Positions 21,308 to 30,546 of a stretch of DNA of 64,000 nt are shown here, one piece after another. The DNA is from a virus. Taxonomy: Duplodnaviria; Caudoviricetes. The notes beneath the pieces were generated by a model, which was given only the letters and a program-made list of their open reading frames with translations, did no database searches and was not told where the DNA came from. Both the position numbers and the translations under genes were made by a program. The stretch covers positions 12,240-76,239 of the IMG/VR virus record IMGVR_UViG_3300020463_000014. The stretch is one strand, 5' to 3'. Each line of letters opens with the position of its first letter. The stretch's first letter is position 1.

Positions 21308-21333
21308 AAAGAGCTCTTAGGAGCTCTTTTTTT
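21308..21333 (+). terminator. Rho-independent terminator, possibly bidirectional
   Basis: AAAGAGCTC-TTAG-GAGCTCTTT followed by a T run, at the point where the + operon and the - cluster converge. Confidence 0.7.
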
Positions 21334-21892
21334 GTTTAATAAAAATATCGACTGGAACAGCCAGTCTGAGATTAGAATGATATGTTTTTACTAGATGATA
21401 AACATATCCTGGCATAATTATTACATCACCAGTTTTAGGTGCGTACTCAATAGGTTTAAACATTTCGGCGGTTTTACCAAAATAACCTCTATTGGCATTT
21501 GCTCTTGGATCATATGACACTAGTTCTCCACCTTTATCAATATCATCAGAAAGAACATAAAATACTGCAGCAAATTGAGCTCCAGAATGATTATGAATAT
21601 TCATTGAATATCCCTTTTGAGATCCTGTTAACCAAGAACTAAATTCGTAAGACATATCATTTAGGTCGATACTAAATACTTCTTTAAAAAATTCTGAATA
21701 TTTTTCTATAGCCAAATCTTTTAACAATGGAATTTTATCTGTAAGTGAACCACTATCGTATTCAGCCTGTGGTTTCATAATATTAGTACTAAGTAAAATT
21801 TCTTGAACTAATTCTTCACATTGGTCTAAAGTAATTTGAGTTTTGTATATTGGTGTGGACCAACACTGATTAATACCCGATTTCAACATCAT
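21317..21892 (-). CDS. 2OG-Fe(II) oxygenase (TIGR02466 / 2OG-FeII_Oxy_5-like)
   Basis: HNHSGA...AVFYV...GGEL..YDPR...PGYVYHLV...R motif pattern. Confidence 0.85.
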   Translation of the reverse strand: MMLKSGINQCWSTPIYKTQITLDQCEELVQEILLSTNIMKPQAEYDSGSLTDKIPLLKDLAIEKYSEFFKEVFSIDLNDMSYEFSSWLTGSQKGYSMNIHNHSGAQFAAVFYVLSDDIDKGGELVSYDPRANANRGYFGKTAEMFKPIEYAPKTGDVIIMPGYVYHLVKTYHSNLRLAVPVDIFIKQKKSS

Positions 21893-22274
21893 AATATCCT
21901 TTTATGTCACGAACCATACCATGAATTACCATCAATGGCCAATCTATATTGTTAAGTATACTATCGTATATTTCCTTACTATTTTCGTATGTTTTAAAAT
22001 ATGGATCATTACCGGCTAAAAGCATTGGTTCATTTAACAAATCATAAAAATCTTCGTTAAAATCTCTACTAATCCAATAAGCATAACATATTGCTACAAC
22101 ATAACTCTTGGCTGGATATAACCACTCATCTACTTTCTCATTAAAGTGTCGAATAGCATTTTTAATAATGACCTCTTGATTATCGTCAAAAACTATTTCT
22201 ACTTTATTCAAATCATCTGTATGATTTTTATTTAATCTATGATAAACTTCTTGTTTAACTTGCCATTCTTTCAT
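21870..22274 (-). CDS. Hypothetical protein of the radical SAM cluster
   Basis: 134 aa, overlaps both neighbours, no recognisable motif. Confidence 0.75.
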   Translation of the reverse strand: MKEWQVKQEVYHRLNKNHTDDLNKVEIVFDDNQEVIIKNAIRHFNEKVDEWLYPAKSYVVAICYAYWISRDFNEDFYDLLNEPMLLAGNDPYFKTYENSKEIYDSILNNIDWPLMVIHGMVRDIKGYYDVEIGY

Positions 22275-23163
22275 GATACCAATCCAATAATCCTCTATAT
22301 CCGTTACAGCTATTATTTAAATCTTTGACATATCGATAATGCTCTGTTAAGCAGTTTCCAAAATACTTACATGAGGCGCATATAGGACTTATCATTTCTT
22401 CTTTTTCTTTGTTTGTCCAATCAATGTATTGTTTCCAAGAATCCAATTCAAGAAAGAATTCTTTATCCTCTTCATCAAATTCCAAGACACCAAATTTGCC
22501 AGAAGGAGTGATGTATATATGATCATCCGAAAATGCATTGTATCTTCCTTTCACTGATTCTATAATTCTATCTTCATTTACAAATTCAAACTTCATAGTG
22601 TCTTTTAACTTAAGCCACTTTATAACAAAATCTTCAAAGTCTTTGTGGGTCACGTTATGTGCATTTGCTTGATTTATTGAATATGGTTTAATCTCAACAG
22701 ATGTAATTGACGAGCACATATTCAACATATTAATCATTTCAGATACATCTTTTTCTAGCACCTTTGGAGAAGCTAAAATCAAAACTGCAATAGGTACTGT
22801 ACTCATTAACATATTATTAAATACAAGTTCAGACTTTTCTCTTGCTTCAAAATCATATGAGACAGAAAGATATACATCATCATCAAAAAAGCCTGGATGC
22901 ATCATAGAATAATTAGTATTGATGCTAATTTCACCTGAATAATATTTTCTTATAACATCTTTAATACCATAAAAATATGACTTTTTCATTGCACCAACTT
23001 CACCACCATATAAGTCAATATGTTCTATATCTGGCACTTGAGATAGCAACTCATCTAGTTTATCAAATGAAATTTGTTTCTGATCACCAAGTTGCTTAGT
23101 AGATAGGTAGCAAAAATCACATCTAAAATTACAAAAATATGAAGGATTGATCGATACAATCAT
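22255..23163 (-). CDS. Radical SAM protein with a truncated SPASM-like C-terminus
   Basis: CNFRCDFC (CxxxCxxC), YGGE motif, C-terminal CASCKYFGNC...C. Confidence 0.9.
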   Translation of the reverse strand: MIVSINPSYFCNFRCDFCYLSTKQLGDQKQISFDKLDELLSQVPDIEHIDLYGGEVGAMKKSYFYGIKDVIRKYYSGEISINTNYSMMHPGFFDDDVYLSVSYDFEAREKSELVFNNMLMSTVPIAVLILASPKVLEKDVSEMINMLNMCSSITSVEIKPYSINQANAHNVTHKDFEDFVIKWLKLKDTMKFEFVNEDRIIESVKGRYNAFSDDHIYITPSGKFGVLEFDEEDKEFFLELDSWKQYIDWTNKEKEEMISPICASCKYFGNCLTEHYRYVKDLNNSCNGYRGLLDWYHERMAS

Positions 23164-23774
23164 TACCTAGATGGAAAGGAAATATTCATTACTACTGCAA
23201 GTCTATCTTCTTCACCATAATAAGGAGTTACTTCATGCCATACATGTGCCGGAACAATAATAATTGTATTTTTTTCAGTCTCAATAGACATTTTAGATTT
23301 AGGTCTTGTTTTTATAACCTGGTTAAATGCTGGGTCATGAAAAATTAATTTGCCTCCATCTTTATCATTATCTACACAGTCTAAATAATAAACTGCAACC
23401 ATCGAAGCACCACTATGACAATGCAAACCTTTATAATCACCATTTCTCATAAAGGGTAATCTTCCGGTGGTCTGTTCCATACGTTCTAAAATTTCAGCAT
23501 GTGTAATTGATTCATCATATTCATTAGCTAGTTTTAAAAATGATTTCGCAAAAAAATCATATAAATTTTTTATTTCATTATAATTTTTAATATTATCATC
23601 GGTAAAAAGCGGAATGTGTACTCCATCATCTCCACCATCTTGATATGAAAGACCGGCCATAGCTAAATGATTTCTAAATATTGCTTGGCATACTGAATTA
23701 AGAGTACTACTTTCTTCTTCATTAATATTATGTAACTCATGTAACATTTTTATTGGAAAAATAGTTTTTATCAT
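23163..23774 (-). CDS. 2OG-Fe(II) oxygenase (TIGR02466 / 2OG-FeII_Oxy_5-like)
   Basis: HCHSGA..VAVYYL...GGKLIFHDP...PAHVWHEV...RLAVVMN. Confidence 0.85.
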   Translation of the reverse strand: MIKTIFPIKMLHELHNINEEESSTLNSVCQAIFRNHLAMAGLSYQDGGDDGVHIPLFTDDNIKNYNEIKNLYDFFAKSFLKLANEYDESITHAEILERMEQTTGRLPFMRNGDYKGLHCHSGASMVAVYYLDCVDNDKDGGKLIFHDPAFNQVIKTRPKSKMSIETEKNTIIIVPAHVWHEVTPYYGEEDRLAVVMNISFPSR

Positions 23775-24805
23775 GCGTATTCCCTCTCATACGGCGTCAA
23801 TTGTCTATCGATGCTATTTATACTGATTATATCAGTTGCTAAAGTCTTCATATGTTTACAATGATCTTCTACCATATTATGCTGTTTTAAATCTTTAATA
23901 GTTTTTTTACATCCATTACAAATTTCAAACATTGGACAAGTATAACACGCATTTTTTAAACTCATTAAACTTAAATCTGTTGCAAGAGGTGTTGAAAACC
24001 CACCACTCATTTCATAATCAAAATCAATAGCCTTATCTAAATCATCACCAAATGCACCACATGAATAGTAGTCACCTTCAGGTTGAAGTGTTCGAATGCC
24101 AGAATCACATGTTCTTGTCTGTGGACATATAGTAGATTCTCCTCTTAATCGTACCATCATCTGTTGAGTGTTATGTTCCCAATCGCTTAATCCAGCTTTC
24201 CATATTTCAACATAACGTTCATATATTTTTGATAATTGATATGGAGCAGACTGAGAACCTGATGCCATGGCATAATTTACTTTACAGACTACATCCATTT
24301 TTTTTGCAAGTTCAACTGTCTTAATATGAGTATCTTCATTCTCTTCAACAATCACTGCTATGAATGATGGTCTATATCCAACATGTTCTAGCATCGCATC
24401 TGAACACTTCCAAAAATCTTCTTCTGTAAACTCACTATAATCACCTTTTAATCTTCCTCCACCATATTGAAATGATGTAGCTACACCAATTCGAGGATGG
24501 TTAAAAAGTTCTTTCCATTTCATTGGTTTCATAAGAAATGGATATAAATTTGTTGTAAGTGATATTGTTGCCGGCAGATCATACTTATCAAGATACTCTA
24601 TAATTTTCCAATAGTAATTTGGTTTCATCATTAATGGATCGCCACCATTAACAATAATTGTTTGAGTATCTGGAAAACGTTTTAAAAACTTAAATATCTT
24701 ATTTAAATCAAGAGTAGCAGTATTATCTTCAAACGTAATTTTAGATGATGAACAAAATGAACATTTAAAATTACACAATTCTGTTGGTTTGACAATTAGG
24801 TCCAT
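23771..24805 (-). CDS. Radical SAM/SPASM protein (anSME/peptide-maturase-like)
   Basis: IVKPTELCNFKCSFC, NGGDPL, and a SPASM-type C...C...GDYYSC...CYTCPMFEICNGC...C. Confidence 0.92.
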   Translation of the reverse strand: MDLIVKPTELCNFKCSFCSSSKITFEDNTATLDLNKIFKFLKRFPDTQTIIVNGGDPLMMKPNYYWKIIEYLDKYDLPATISLTTNLYPFLMKPMKWKELFNHPRIGVATSFQYGGGRLKGDYSEFTEEDFWKCSDAMLEHVGYRPSFIAVIVEENEDTHIKTVELAKKMDVVCKVNYAMASGSQSAPYQLSKIYERYVEIWKAGLSDWEHNTQQMMVRLRGESTICPQTRTCDSGIRTLQPEGDYYSCGAFGDDLDKAIDFDYEMSGGFSTPLATDLSLMSLKNACYTCPMFEICNGCKKTIKDLKQHNMVEDHCKHMKTLATDIISINSIDRQLTPYEREYA

Positions 24806-25341
24806 GGCGAATTATTAACTTTAAACCCAAAATTCATAGTGATTCTATGCATATCTGGATCTCTGAAATGTTCAACTCTATGTTCAAACTGTTTATCTTG
24901 GCTTCCTACTACTACATCGTATTTTTGAGGTAAATGAAAGGCTGTGATTCTATTATTCTGTGATATATTTCTAAACATAATTTCACCACCAGCGTCTTTA
25001 TTCATATCAGTAAAATATAAAAGAAACATTATATTTGCACCTTCACAAAAATCATTATGCCAATTACACGAAGTTTGTTCAGTGCCATTCCAACAGTGAT
25101 AATAAATCAAATCTTTTTTTTCTGAATATGGTCTTAAATACTGATTAAAAAGATAATCAGCAGTCATTAGCATTTTCTTTCGCATACCCAATATATAATA
25201 ATTTAAAGGGAATCGATAATCTTTTCTATTACCAATACCTCTAAGCCATTTTATATTAGGAATAGTATCTTCTAAATATTGAAACGCTTGAACGTTATTT
25301 TCTGTGTAAAATCCATCATCCATTTTCCAACCATTTTTCAC
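24796..25341 (-). CDS. 2OG-Fe(II) oxygenase (prolyl-hydroxylase-like)
   Basis: WHND (HxD), LLYF...GGEI, HRVE and a distal Arg (RITMNF). Confidence 0.85.
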   Translation of the reverse strand: MKNGWKMDDGFYTENNVQAFQYLEDTIPNIKWLRGIGNRKDYRFPLNYYILGMRKKMLMTADYLFNQYLRPYSEKKDLIYYHCWNGTEQTSCNWHNDFCEGANIMFLLYFTDMNKDAGGEIMFRNISQNNRITAFHLPQKYDVVVGSQDKQFEHRVEHFRDPDMHRITMNFGFKVNNSPWT

Positions 25342-26483
25342 AGCATTTTTACCTTTTGTCTAAATCCATATGATAGATCATCTTCACCATCGCGTTTTGG
25401 TTTAAATCCTTTTGTTTTTTTAACGTAGTTAAACGTTTCTTTAAAAACACATTCTTCCATATCGTTATGATCACCTGGCATATCAGCTTTTACAAAGCAT
25501 GTGAATGGACAGTTTTCATAATATTCACACTCAAAACAATTATATTTTTTTAAAAACTTTTCTACCATCTCTCCTGTTTCAAAGGGTGTTTCACCAGTTT
25601 TTTTATCTCGCTGATATGCTACACCACAACATCCACCGGGTGATGAACCATCAGGCTGAATAGTTATTGAATTACCTCTTGTACACATCATTGCACCAGT
25701 TTGATTCAATGGATCATGAAACGCATCCATGTTTTCACAATCAGGATAGTTATCCACTAAGTATTTGTTAAACGCTAATAGCTCACTATCTTTAGGAATT
25801 AATTTTGCATCTGCTTTAATTAATGGTGATGGCATATAAGCATCAAAATCAACTGGAAAGTTTTTATACAAATAATCAAAAGTGCTTTTATCGTTACTCT
25901 TTATAATTGTTTGTATATTTTGGCTAGTAGTAACAATTGAAACGTTTCTAATATAATCTTTAAAAGTCTCAACATTTTCTAAGAATATTTCTAGTTGACC
26001 TTTATTAAATCTACCTCTTGGATCATAAGAAGTTGAAAGCTTTATATCATGCTTATTACAAAAGTCCATAACTTTATCTGAATTTTTTTTATCAAACATA
26101 AAATTAGTAAGATAATTAAAATAAATTCTTTTGTTGCCGATGTTAATCTTGGATCTAACTAAATTCATAAATTCTTCATATACATCTAAAAAGCCTTTTT
26201 CAATCCATAGATCTTCAAATAATTCTCCACCTAATAGATGTAATTTATAGTCTTTTGATCTTGGCGAATTGTTAATAAATTTAGCAACAGTATCGCTTTT
26301 TGCTAAAATTTCTTCTCGAGTAGCTCCAACCATTGAGTTATGATCTTGCGGACAGAACACACATTTTAAATTACAATGTTCAAAAAATATTATAACAAGC
26401 TCACTTGATCGAGTAATCTTGCTTCCTAAAATTTTGTATATATCAAAATCAAGTGGAGCTGGATTAATAGGTGCTACAGACAT
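25338..26483 (-). CDS. Radical SAM protein with a SPASM-like Cys-rich C-terminus
   Basis: CNLKCVFC, LGGE, C-terminal C...CC...CFECEYYENCPFTC...C. Confidence 0.9.
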   Translation of the reverse strand: MSVAPINPAPLDFDIYKILGSKITRSSELVIIFFEHCNLKCVFCPQDHNSMVGATREEILAKSDTVAKFINNSPRSKDYKLHLLGGELFEDLWIEKGFLDVYEEFMNLVRSKINIGNKRIYFNYLTNFMFDKKNSDKVMDFCNKHDIKLSTSYDPRGRFNKGQLEIFLENVETFKDYIRNVSIVTTSQNIQTIIKSNDKSTFDYLYKNFPVDFDAYMPSPLIKADAKLIPKDSELLAFNKYLVDNYPDCENMDAFHDPLNQTGAMMCTRGNSITIQPDGSSPGGCCGVAYQRDKKTGETPFETGEMVEKFLKKYNCFECEYYENCPFTCFVKADMPGDHNDMEECVFKETFNYVKKTKGFKPKRDGEDDLSYGFRQKVKML

Positions 26484-28144
26484 TCTTTACTTACCTCTGA
26501 CATAATTATATGTCTATTTTTTTCTATAAATTTATTTATAGTATTTGCTCTAAACTCTTGATTTAAAACTTTAATGCTTTTTGGTTGAGAATTTGGATTA
26601 AATATATCTCTTATTTCAGAATGTATATCATCCCATCTATCTAATTTACTTATAACTTCATATGCTTTTTTAGTAAAGACTGACGGTGATAGACTATTTT
26701 CAAGCATAGGATAAAAGTGCTGCAGTAAATAATTTCCAGCACTATTCATAAACCACATTTCATGCATTTCTTCAGTTGTAAACGAAAAGCATGATGATAT
26801 TGTTTTAAAATACGATTTTTTATTTTTATACAAATTATTCCAACTATCTATCCCTTGTTCATCTGCAATATCAGTGTAAACTTCAACGGTTCGAATATCA
26901 TATTTAATTTTATATTCCTGAGAATTAAGCGCTGAATCTGGAAGAAACATATAATCATGTCTGTAAGAACCAAACGATTTAAAATTCCAGATATATTCCA
27001 TTTCATTATAAAAGTCATCTATTGTAGAACCTGGCATTGCAAGGATCATTTCTAAATTAGGTATTGGAAACCCGTGCTTTGAACATTGCTCATTAATGTG
27101 TTTACTTAATTCTAATTTATCTTCTGTATTTAAATCAACTCTTTCAGCTATTTTCATTGCAATGTCAGAACTGCTTTGAATAGACACTGATGGAACTATC
27201 GATATATTGGCCATCTCACTCCACATATCTTTTCCATTTTTCATATTTGGAGAAGTATAATTTGTTCCAACGATTTCAAAATACTTATCAATTAATTTTT
27301 TTCTTCTATTTAAATCCTTAGATTTCATGGTAGAAATATCAGTTAAATTAAAACCATTTGTCCAAGCGTATTCGAATATTTCAAAGTCTCTTTCAAAAAA
27401 GGCTCCAAAGTTTGCATCATTTAAATAAGCAGATCTATAACCGGCTTTTAGCATAGCATTGATATCACGTTTCACTATGCCCAAGGATTTCTTATAAATC
27501 TTTGTATTAATACCTCCACCCCATTCGCAGAACACACACTTATAAGGACAACCTCTTGTCGTCTCTAAAACAATAAACGGTTCCATTTTATTATTACGAG
27601 CGTATTTAAGTAATTTTGTAAGATATTCTAAATGATCTTCGTATACTGAATAATCTTCTTTTGACAAATCATGTATTAATTTTACATCAGATCTTAATTC
27701 CCATGGAATACTTGTTGGATCTATTCTGTTTTCAATAAACTGATCGATAAGCTCAGCCATAAATGGCTCACCTGGTTTAGTAGGTCTACAAATTAAATCG
27801 TACTGAGGACGTGATGTTAATAGTTCTGGTTCATTGGTTCCAATATGTGGACCACCTAAAACTAGTATTTTTTCTGGATATTTATTTTTAATTTTATTAG
27901 AAATTTCATCACATATCATATAGTTCCAAGTATAAGAAGAAAACATAATTATATCTGCTTCGATTATATCATCTATTACTTCATCATAAGATTTATAGCT
28001 ATTCCATTTATATGGTGATTCTAACCACTTTACTTTTTTACTATATTTGCCAAAACGAGAATAGTAACTTTGCATTAATAAAAATGTAAAGTTATTTGCT
28101 AGTGACCAGTCAGCGTGAGGAGGATTAATAAATGCTATAATCAT
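26474..28144 (-). CDS. Radical SAM protein with an N-terminal cobalamin-binding-like domain (class B type)
   Basis: FSSYTWN...ILVLGGPH (B12-binding-like Rossmann segment), ETTRGCPYKCVFCEWG, DANFG, ILAMPGST. Confidence 0.85.
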   Translation of the reverse strand: MIIAFINPPHADWSLANNFTFLLMQSYYSRFGKYSKKVKWLESPYKWNSYKSYDEVIDDIIEADIIMFSSYTWNYMICDEISNKIKNKYPEKILVLGGPHIGTNEPELLTSRPQYDLICRPTKPGEPFMAELIDQFIENRIDPTSIPWELRSDVKLIHDLSKEDYSVYEDHLEYLTKLLKYARNNKMEPFIVLETTRGCPYKCVFCEWGGGINTKIYKKSLGIVKRDINAMLKAGYRSAYLNDANFGAFFERDFEIFEYAWTNGFNLTDISTMKSKDLNRRKKLIDKYFEIVGTNYTSPNMKNGKDMWSEMANISIVPSVSIQSSSDIAMKIAERVDLNTEDKLELSKHINEQCSKHGFPIPNLEMILAMPGSTIDDFYNEMEYIWNFKSFGSYRHDYMFLPDSALNSQEYKIKYDIRTVEVYTDIADEQGIDSWNNLYKNKKSYFKTISSCFSFTTEEMHEMWFMNSAGNYLLQHFYPMLENSLSPSVFTKKAYEVISKLDRWDDIHSEIRDIFNPNSQPKSIKVLNQEFRANTINKFIEKNRHIIMSEVSKECL

Positions 28145-28177
28145 ATTTCATTCTATACATTACAAATTAAAAAATAT

Positions 28178-29308
28178 TTAAACTGTTACATATTTAGCAA
28201 TAGTTGTTTTATCAGAAACAGAATTAGCATCCAGCAGTGAATGAATTAAATAATGATTTACAGTTTCAAGTTCTAATGCAAAGAATTTTTCAGGTTCTTT
28301 ATCATCTGATGATTCAATTAAAATAAGCTTATCTAATAGTTCATCTGTTAATTCAGTATTAATTGCTGGTAAGAATTCTAATATGCTATCATCTCTTAAA
28401 GTAAAATCAGACCATTGACTTTCTATAATAGCTACAAACTCTTTAATAGTATTAAGATCTGAATCAGAAATATTTTCGAATATTACATTATCACTACTAG
28501 AAGCGCCACTTAGATATTTTATAGACCACATATCGTCTTTAATAAACAGTTGAGCAAATTTAGAAGTATCTGTAAAAATGTCATTAATATTATTTAATGT
28601 GTAAGTTTTGTCTAAATTTAATTTATCAGCAAAAGATTTAGTTAAGAAATGTTGGAAAAATATTTCCTTTAATTCGTAAAGATATTGTTCAAACACTTTT
28701 TTCAGCAAAGGTCTGACTACGCCTTTTAACTCTGCTTTTGAAGATTTGTCATTAAGATAATTTGCTAGTAGATGTTCAACACTTATTGTGCTTTTATATT
28801 TTGCCATAAATGCTTTTTTCTTGGCAGCAGAAGGAGCTTTAACACTATCATAAATGGTATTGAAATTTTCTACTTTTAAAATTTCACCAGATCCTAATTT
28901 TGCATTATTACTTGAAAACCTGCCTCTAAAAAATGTATTAAATTTAAAAGCATGGGCTTTTACTAATGATTCTACTGAATCAACTTTCGGAGTTTTTAAA
29001 ATAAATTTATACCAAGTAGACATAATAAATTGAAATGCTGCACTATCACAATAAACAACGATTCTTTTATTTGTAGAATCACATTTGGCAGCTAATTCAT
29101 CAAAAAGAGTTGTAGCATCTTTAAACGTTTTATCTTTTCCTAGAATATCATTCCATTCAAGTCCATATGCAATGAGTTGACCAGATAATATTTTTTGAAG
29201 ATCTTCTAAAAGATTAAAACCGTTACTTTGCGATACAACAATACGATCAAAATTTGGATCGATGATATTATCTGTTGTTACATAAATCTTTTTAAACAGA
29301 TGTATCAT
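28178..29308 (-). CDS. Hypothetical protein of the radical SAM cluster
   Basis: 376 aa, ATGA-coupled to the upstream gene, no confident motif. Confidence 0.8.
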   Translation of the reverse strand: MIHLFKKIYVTTDNIIDPNFDRIVVSQSNGFNLLEDLQKILSGQLIAYGLEWNDILGKDKTFKDATTLFDELAAKCDSTNKRIVVYCDSAAFQFIMSTWYKFILKTPKVDSVESLVKAHAFKFNTFFRGRFSSNNAKLGSGEILKVENFNTIYDSVKAPSAAKKKAFMAKYKSTISVEHLLANYLNDKSSKAELKGVVRPLLKKVFEQYLYELKEIFFQHFLTKSFADKLNLDKTYTLNNINDIFTDTSKFAQLFIKDDMWSIKYLSGASSSDNVIFENISDSDLNTIKEFVAIIESQWSDFTLRDDSILEFLPAINTELTDELLDKLILIESSDDKEPEKFFALELETVNHYLIHSLLDANSVSDKTTIAKYVTV

Positions 29309-29952
29309 AACTGTTCTCCTGTGGCGATAGCGCTTGTTATTAAAAACATTGGGTTATTAACATTCGCCCAATAACTAAATAGATTATTTCCTTTAAACAT
29401 ATACTCATTAAAGTATGATTTATAATATGTTTTATGATGTTCAATTACATTGGCATAAAATAGATAAAAGCTTTCATATTTAAGTAAATTTACAAAATTT
29501 ATTCCAGTTAGATCTTTTGTGTCATCTTCTGGAAATGATTTAACATAGTCTTTTAATTCATCGCATTCAACTGTGTACAAATTATAAAGCGAAAGTGAAT
29601 CTAATTTCTTAGCCCAAGTAGTAAGTATTTCAACGTTATCATCAATAAAATCTTTTTCTATTAATTCACTAATACCTTTCATCTGTAATAATAAACTAAT
29701 TACTCTTTCTTCAAGGATAGGAATACTTATAATAAAATTAGCTAAAAGATATTCTCTAGTAAGATCATCAAAATCTTTTTGATCAGTAAAACCAATATTA
29801 CATGGCAATTCCAGATTACTGAGATATGTTAATAGCTTTGTTCCCTGCAATTGTGAATTTTCATAATCAACTATATAAAAAGTTTGATCATCTTCAAAAT
29901 ACAATTTCAAATCTTCAATACTAAATGGTGCAGTAACATCAATAACTTTCAT
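29305..29952 (-). CDS. Hypothetical acidic protein of the radical SAM cluster
   Basis: The ATG at 29952 overlaps the TGA of the 187-aa gene (ATGA), so it is preferred over the track start at 29976. Begins MKVIDVTAPF. Confidence 0.8.
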   Translation of the reverse strand: MKVIDVTAPFSIEDLKLYFEDDQTFYIVDYENSQLQGTKLLTYLSNLELPCNIGFTDQKDFDDLTREYLLANFIISIPILEERVISLLLQMKGISELIEKDFIDDNVEILTTWAKKLDSLSLYNLYTVECDELKDYVKSFPEDDTKDLTGINFVNLLKYESFYLFYANVIEHHKTYYKSYFNEYMFKGNNLFSYWANVNNPMFLITSAIATGEQL

Positions 29953-30512
29953 CTTCTTCCTCTCGAGCCATGGCAACTGCTATGACAACTTGCATGACAA
30001 ATATTAATATTTACAGTAACGGTATTGGAAACTAAATTATTAAAACGTGTCTGTAAGTCTGTAAATTTAGCTTCAAGACCAGAAGCACTAATTTGAGTAC
30101 CAGCAGTTAAAGTAACTCCAGCTGCAGATAACGTTTGTGCATAACTACTGTTTAAATAAGCTTTTGCTGTTTGATTAAAAATTTGTCCAGGATTAGGATA
30201 TGTTCCTGTATTACCACCAGGACCTGTTACTGTTCGAATTGCATTTAAATTTCTAATTTGACTATACGCAGCGGTTTCATTTTCAATTGCAGTATTGATA
30301 ACAGAAGCAGTGATTGGATTTTGATTTATATCAGCTCCAGTAATTCCAATGCTTCTACCAGCAGTTGTTCCACCAAAATATGATGTAGCAAATCCACTAA
30401 ACGGAACTGAATTGGTACCCCAAACAATACCAGAGTTTGCACTTGCCGGCGCAAAATCCGCAAATCTATCTATTATATTCTGTGCGTTAATTGGACTTGT
30501 TAATGTAGCCAT
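29949..30512 (-). CDS. Virion-like protein with a C-terminal (CHxS)3-RGRR motif; putative substrate/precursor of the cluster
   Basis: T/G/N/A/S-rich body. All Cys and His lie in the last 16 residues (CHASCHSSCHGSRGRR). Has a GAGGA RBS and its own TATAAATA promoter. The CDS is secure; the substrate role is inference. Confidence 0.75.
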   Translation of the reverse strand: MATLTSPINAQNIIDRFADFAPASANSGIVWGTNSVPFSGFATSYFGGTTAGRSIGITGADINQNPITASVINTAIENETAAYSQIRNLNAIRTVTGPGGNTGTYPNPGQIFNQTAKAYLNSSYAQTLSAAGVTLTAGTQISASGLEAKFTDLQTRFNNLVSNTVTVNINICHASCHSSCHGSRGRR

Positions 30513-30538
30513 TTCATTCCTCTTTTGTTATATACGTG

Positions 30539-30546
30539 TATTTATA
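30539..30546 (-). promoter_or_regulatory. T4-type late promoter TATAAATA internal to the cluster
   Basis: Exact motif overlapping the upstream rSAM stop codon, about 27 nt before the ATG at 30512. Confidence 0.7.

Noticed and set aside
28178-29308. RIVVYCD as a rhodanese or phosphatase active-site loop
   Set aside because: Too short, and lacks the downstream Gly/Arg of CX5R or rhodanese loops; cannot be supported without a profile search.
29952-29999. CHASCH / CHSSCH as c-type heme-binding motifs
   Set aside because: The spacing is CxxxCH, not the canonical CxxCH. There is no signal peptide, and no cytochrome c maturation genes are visible.
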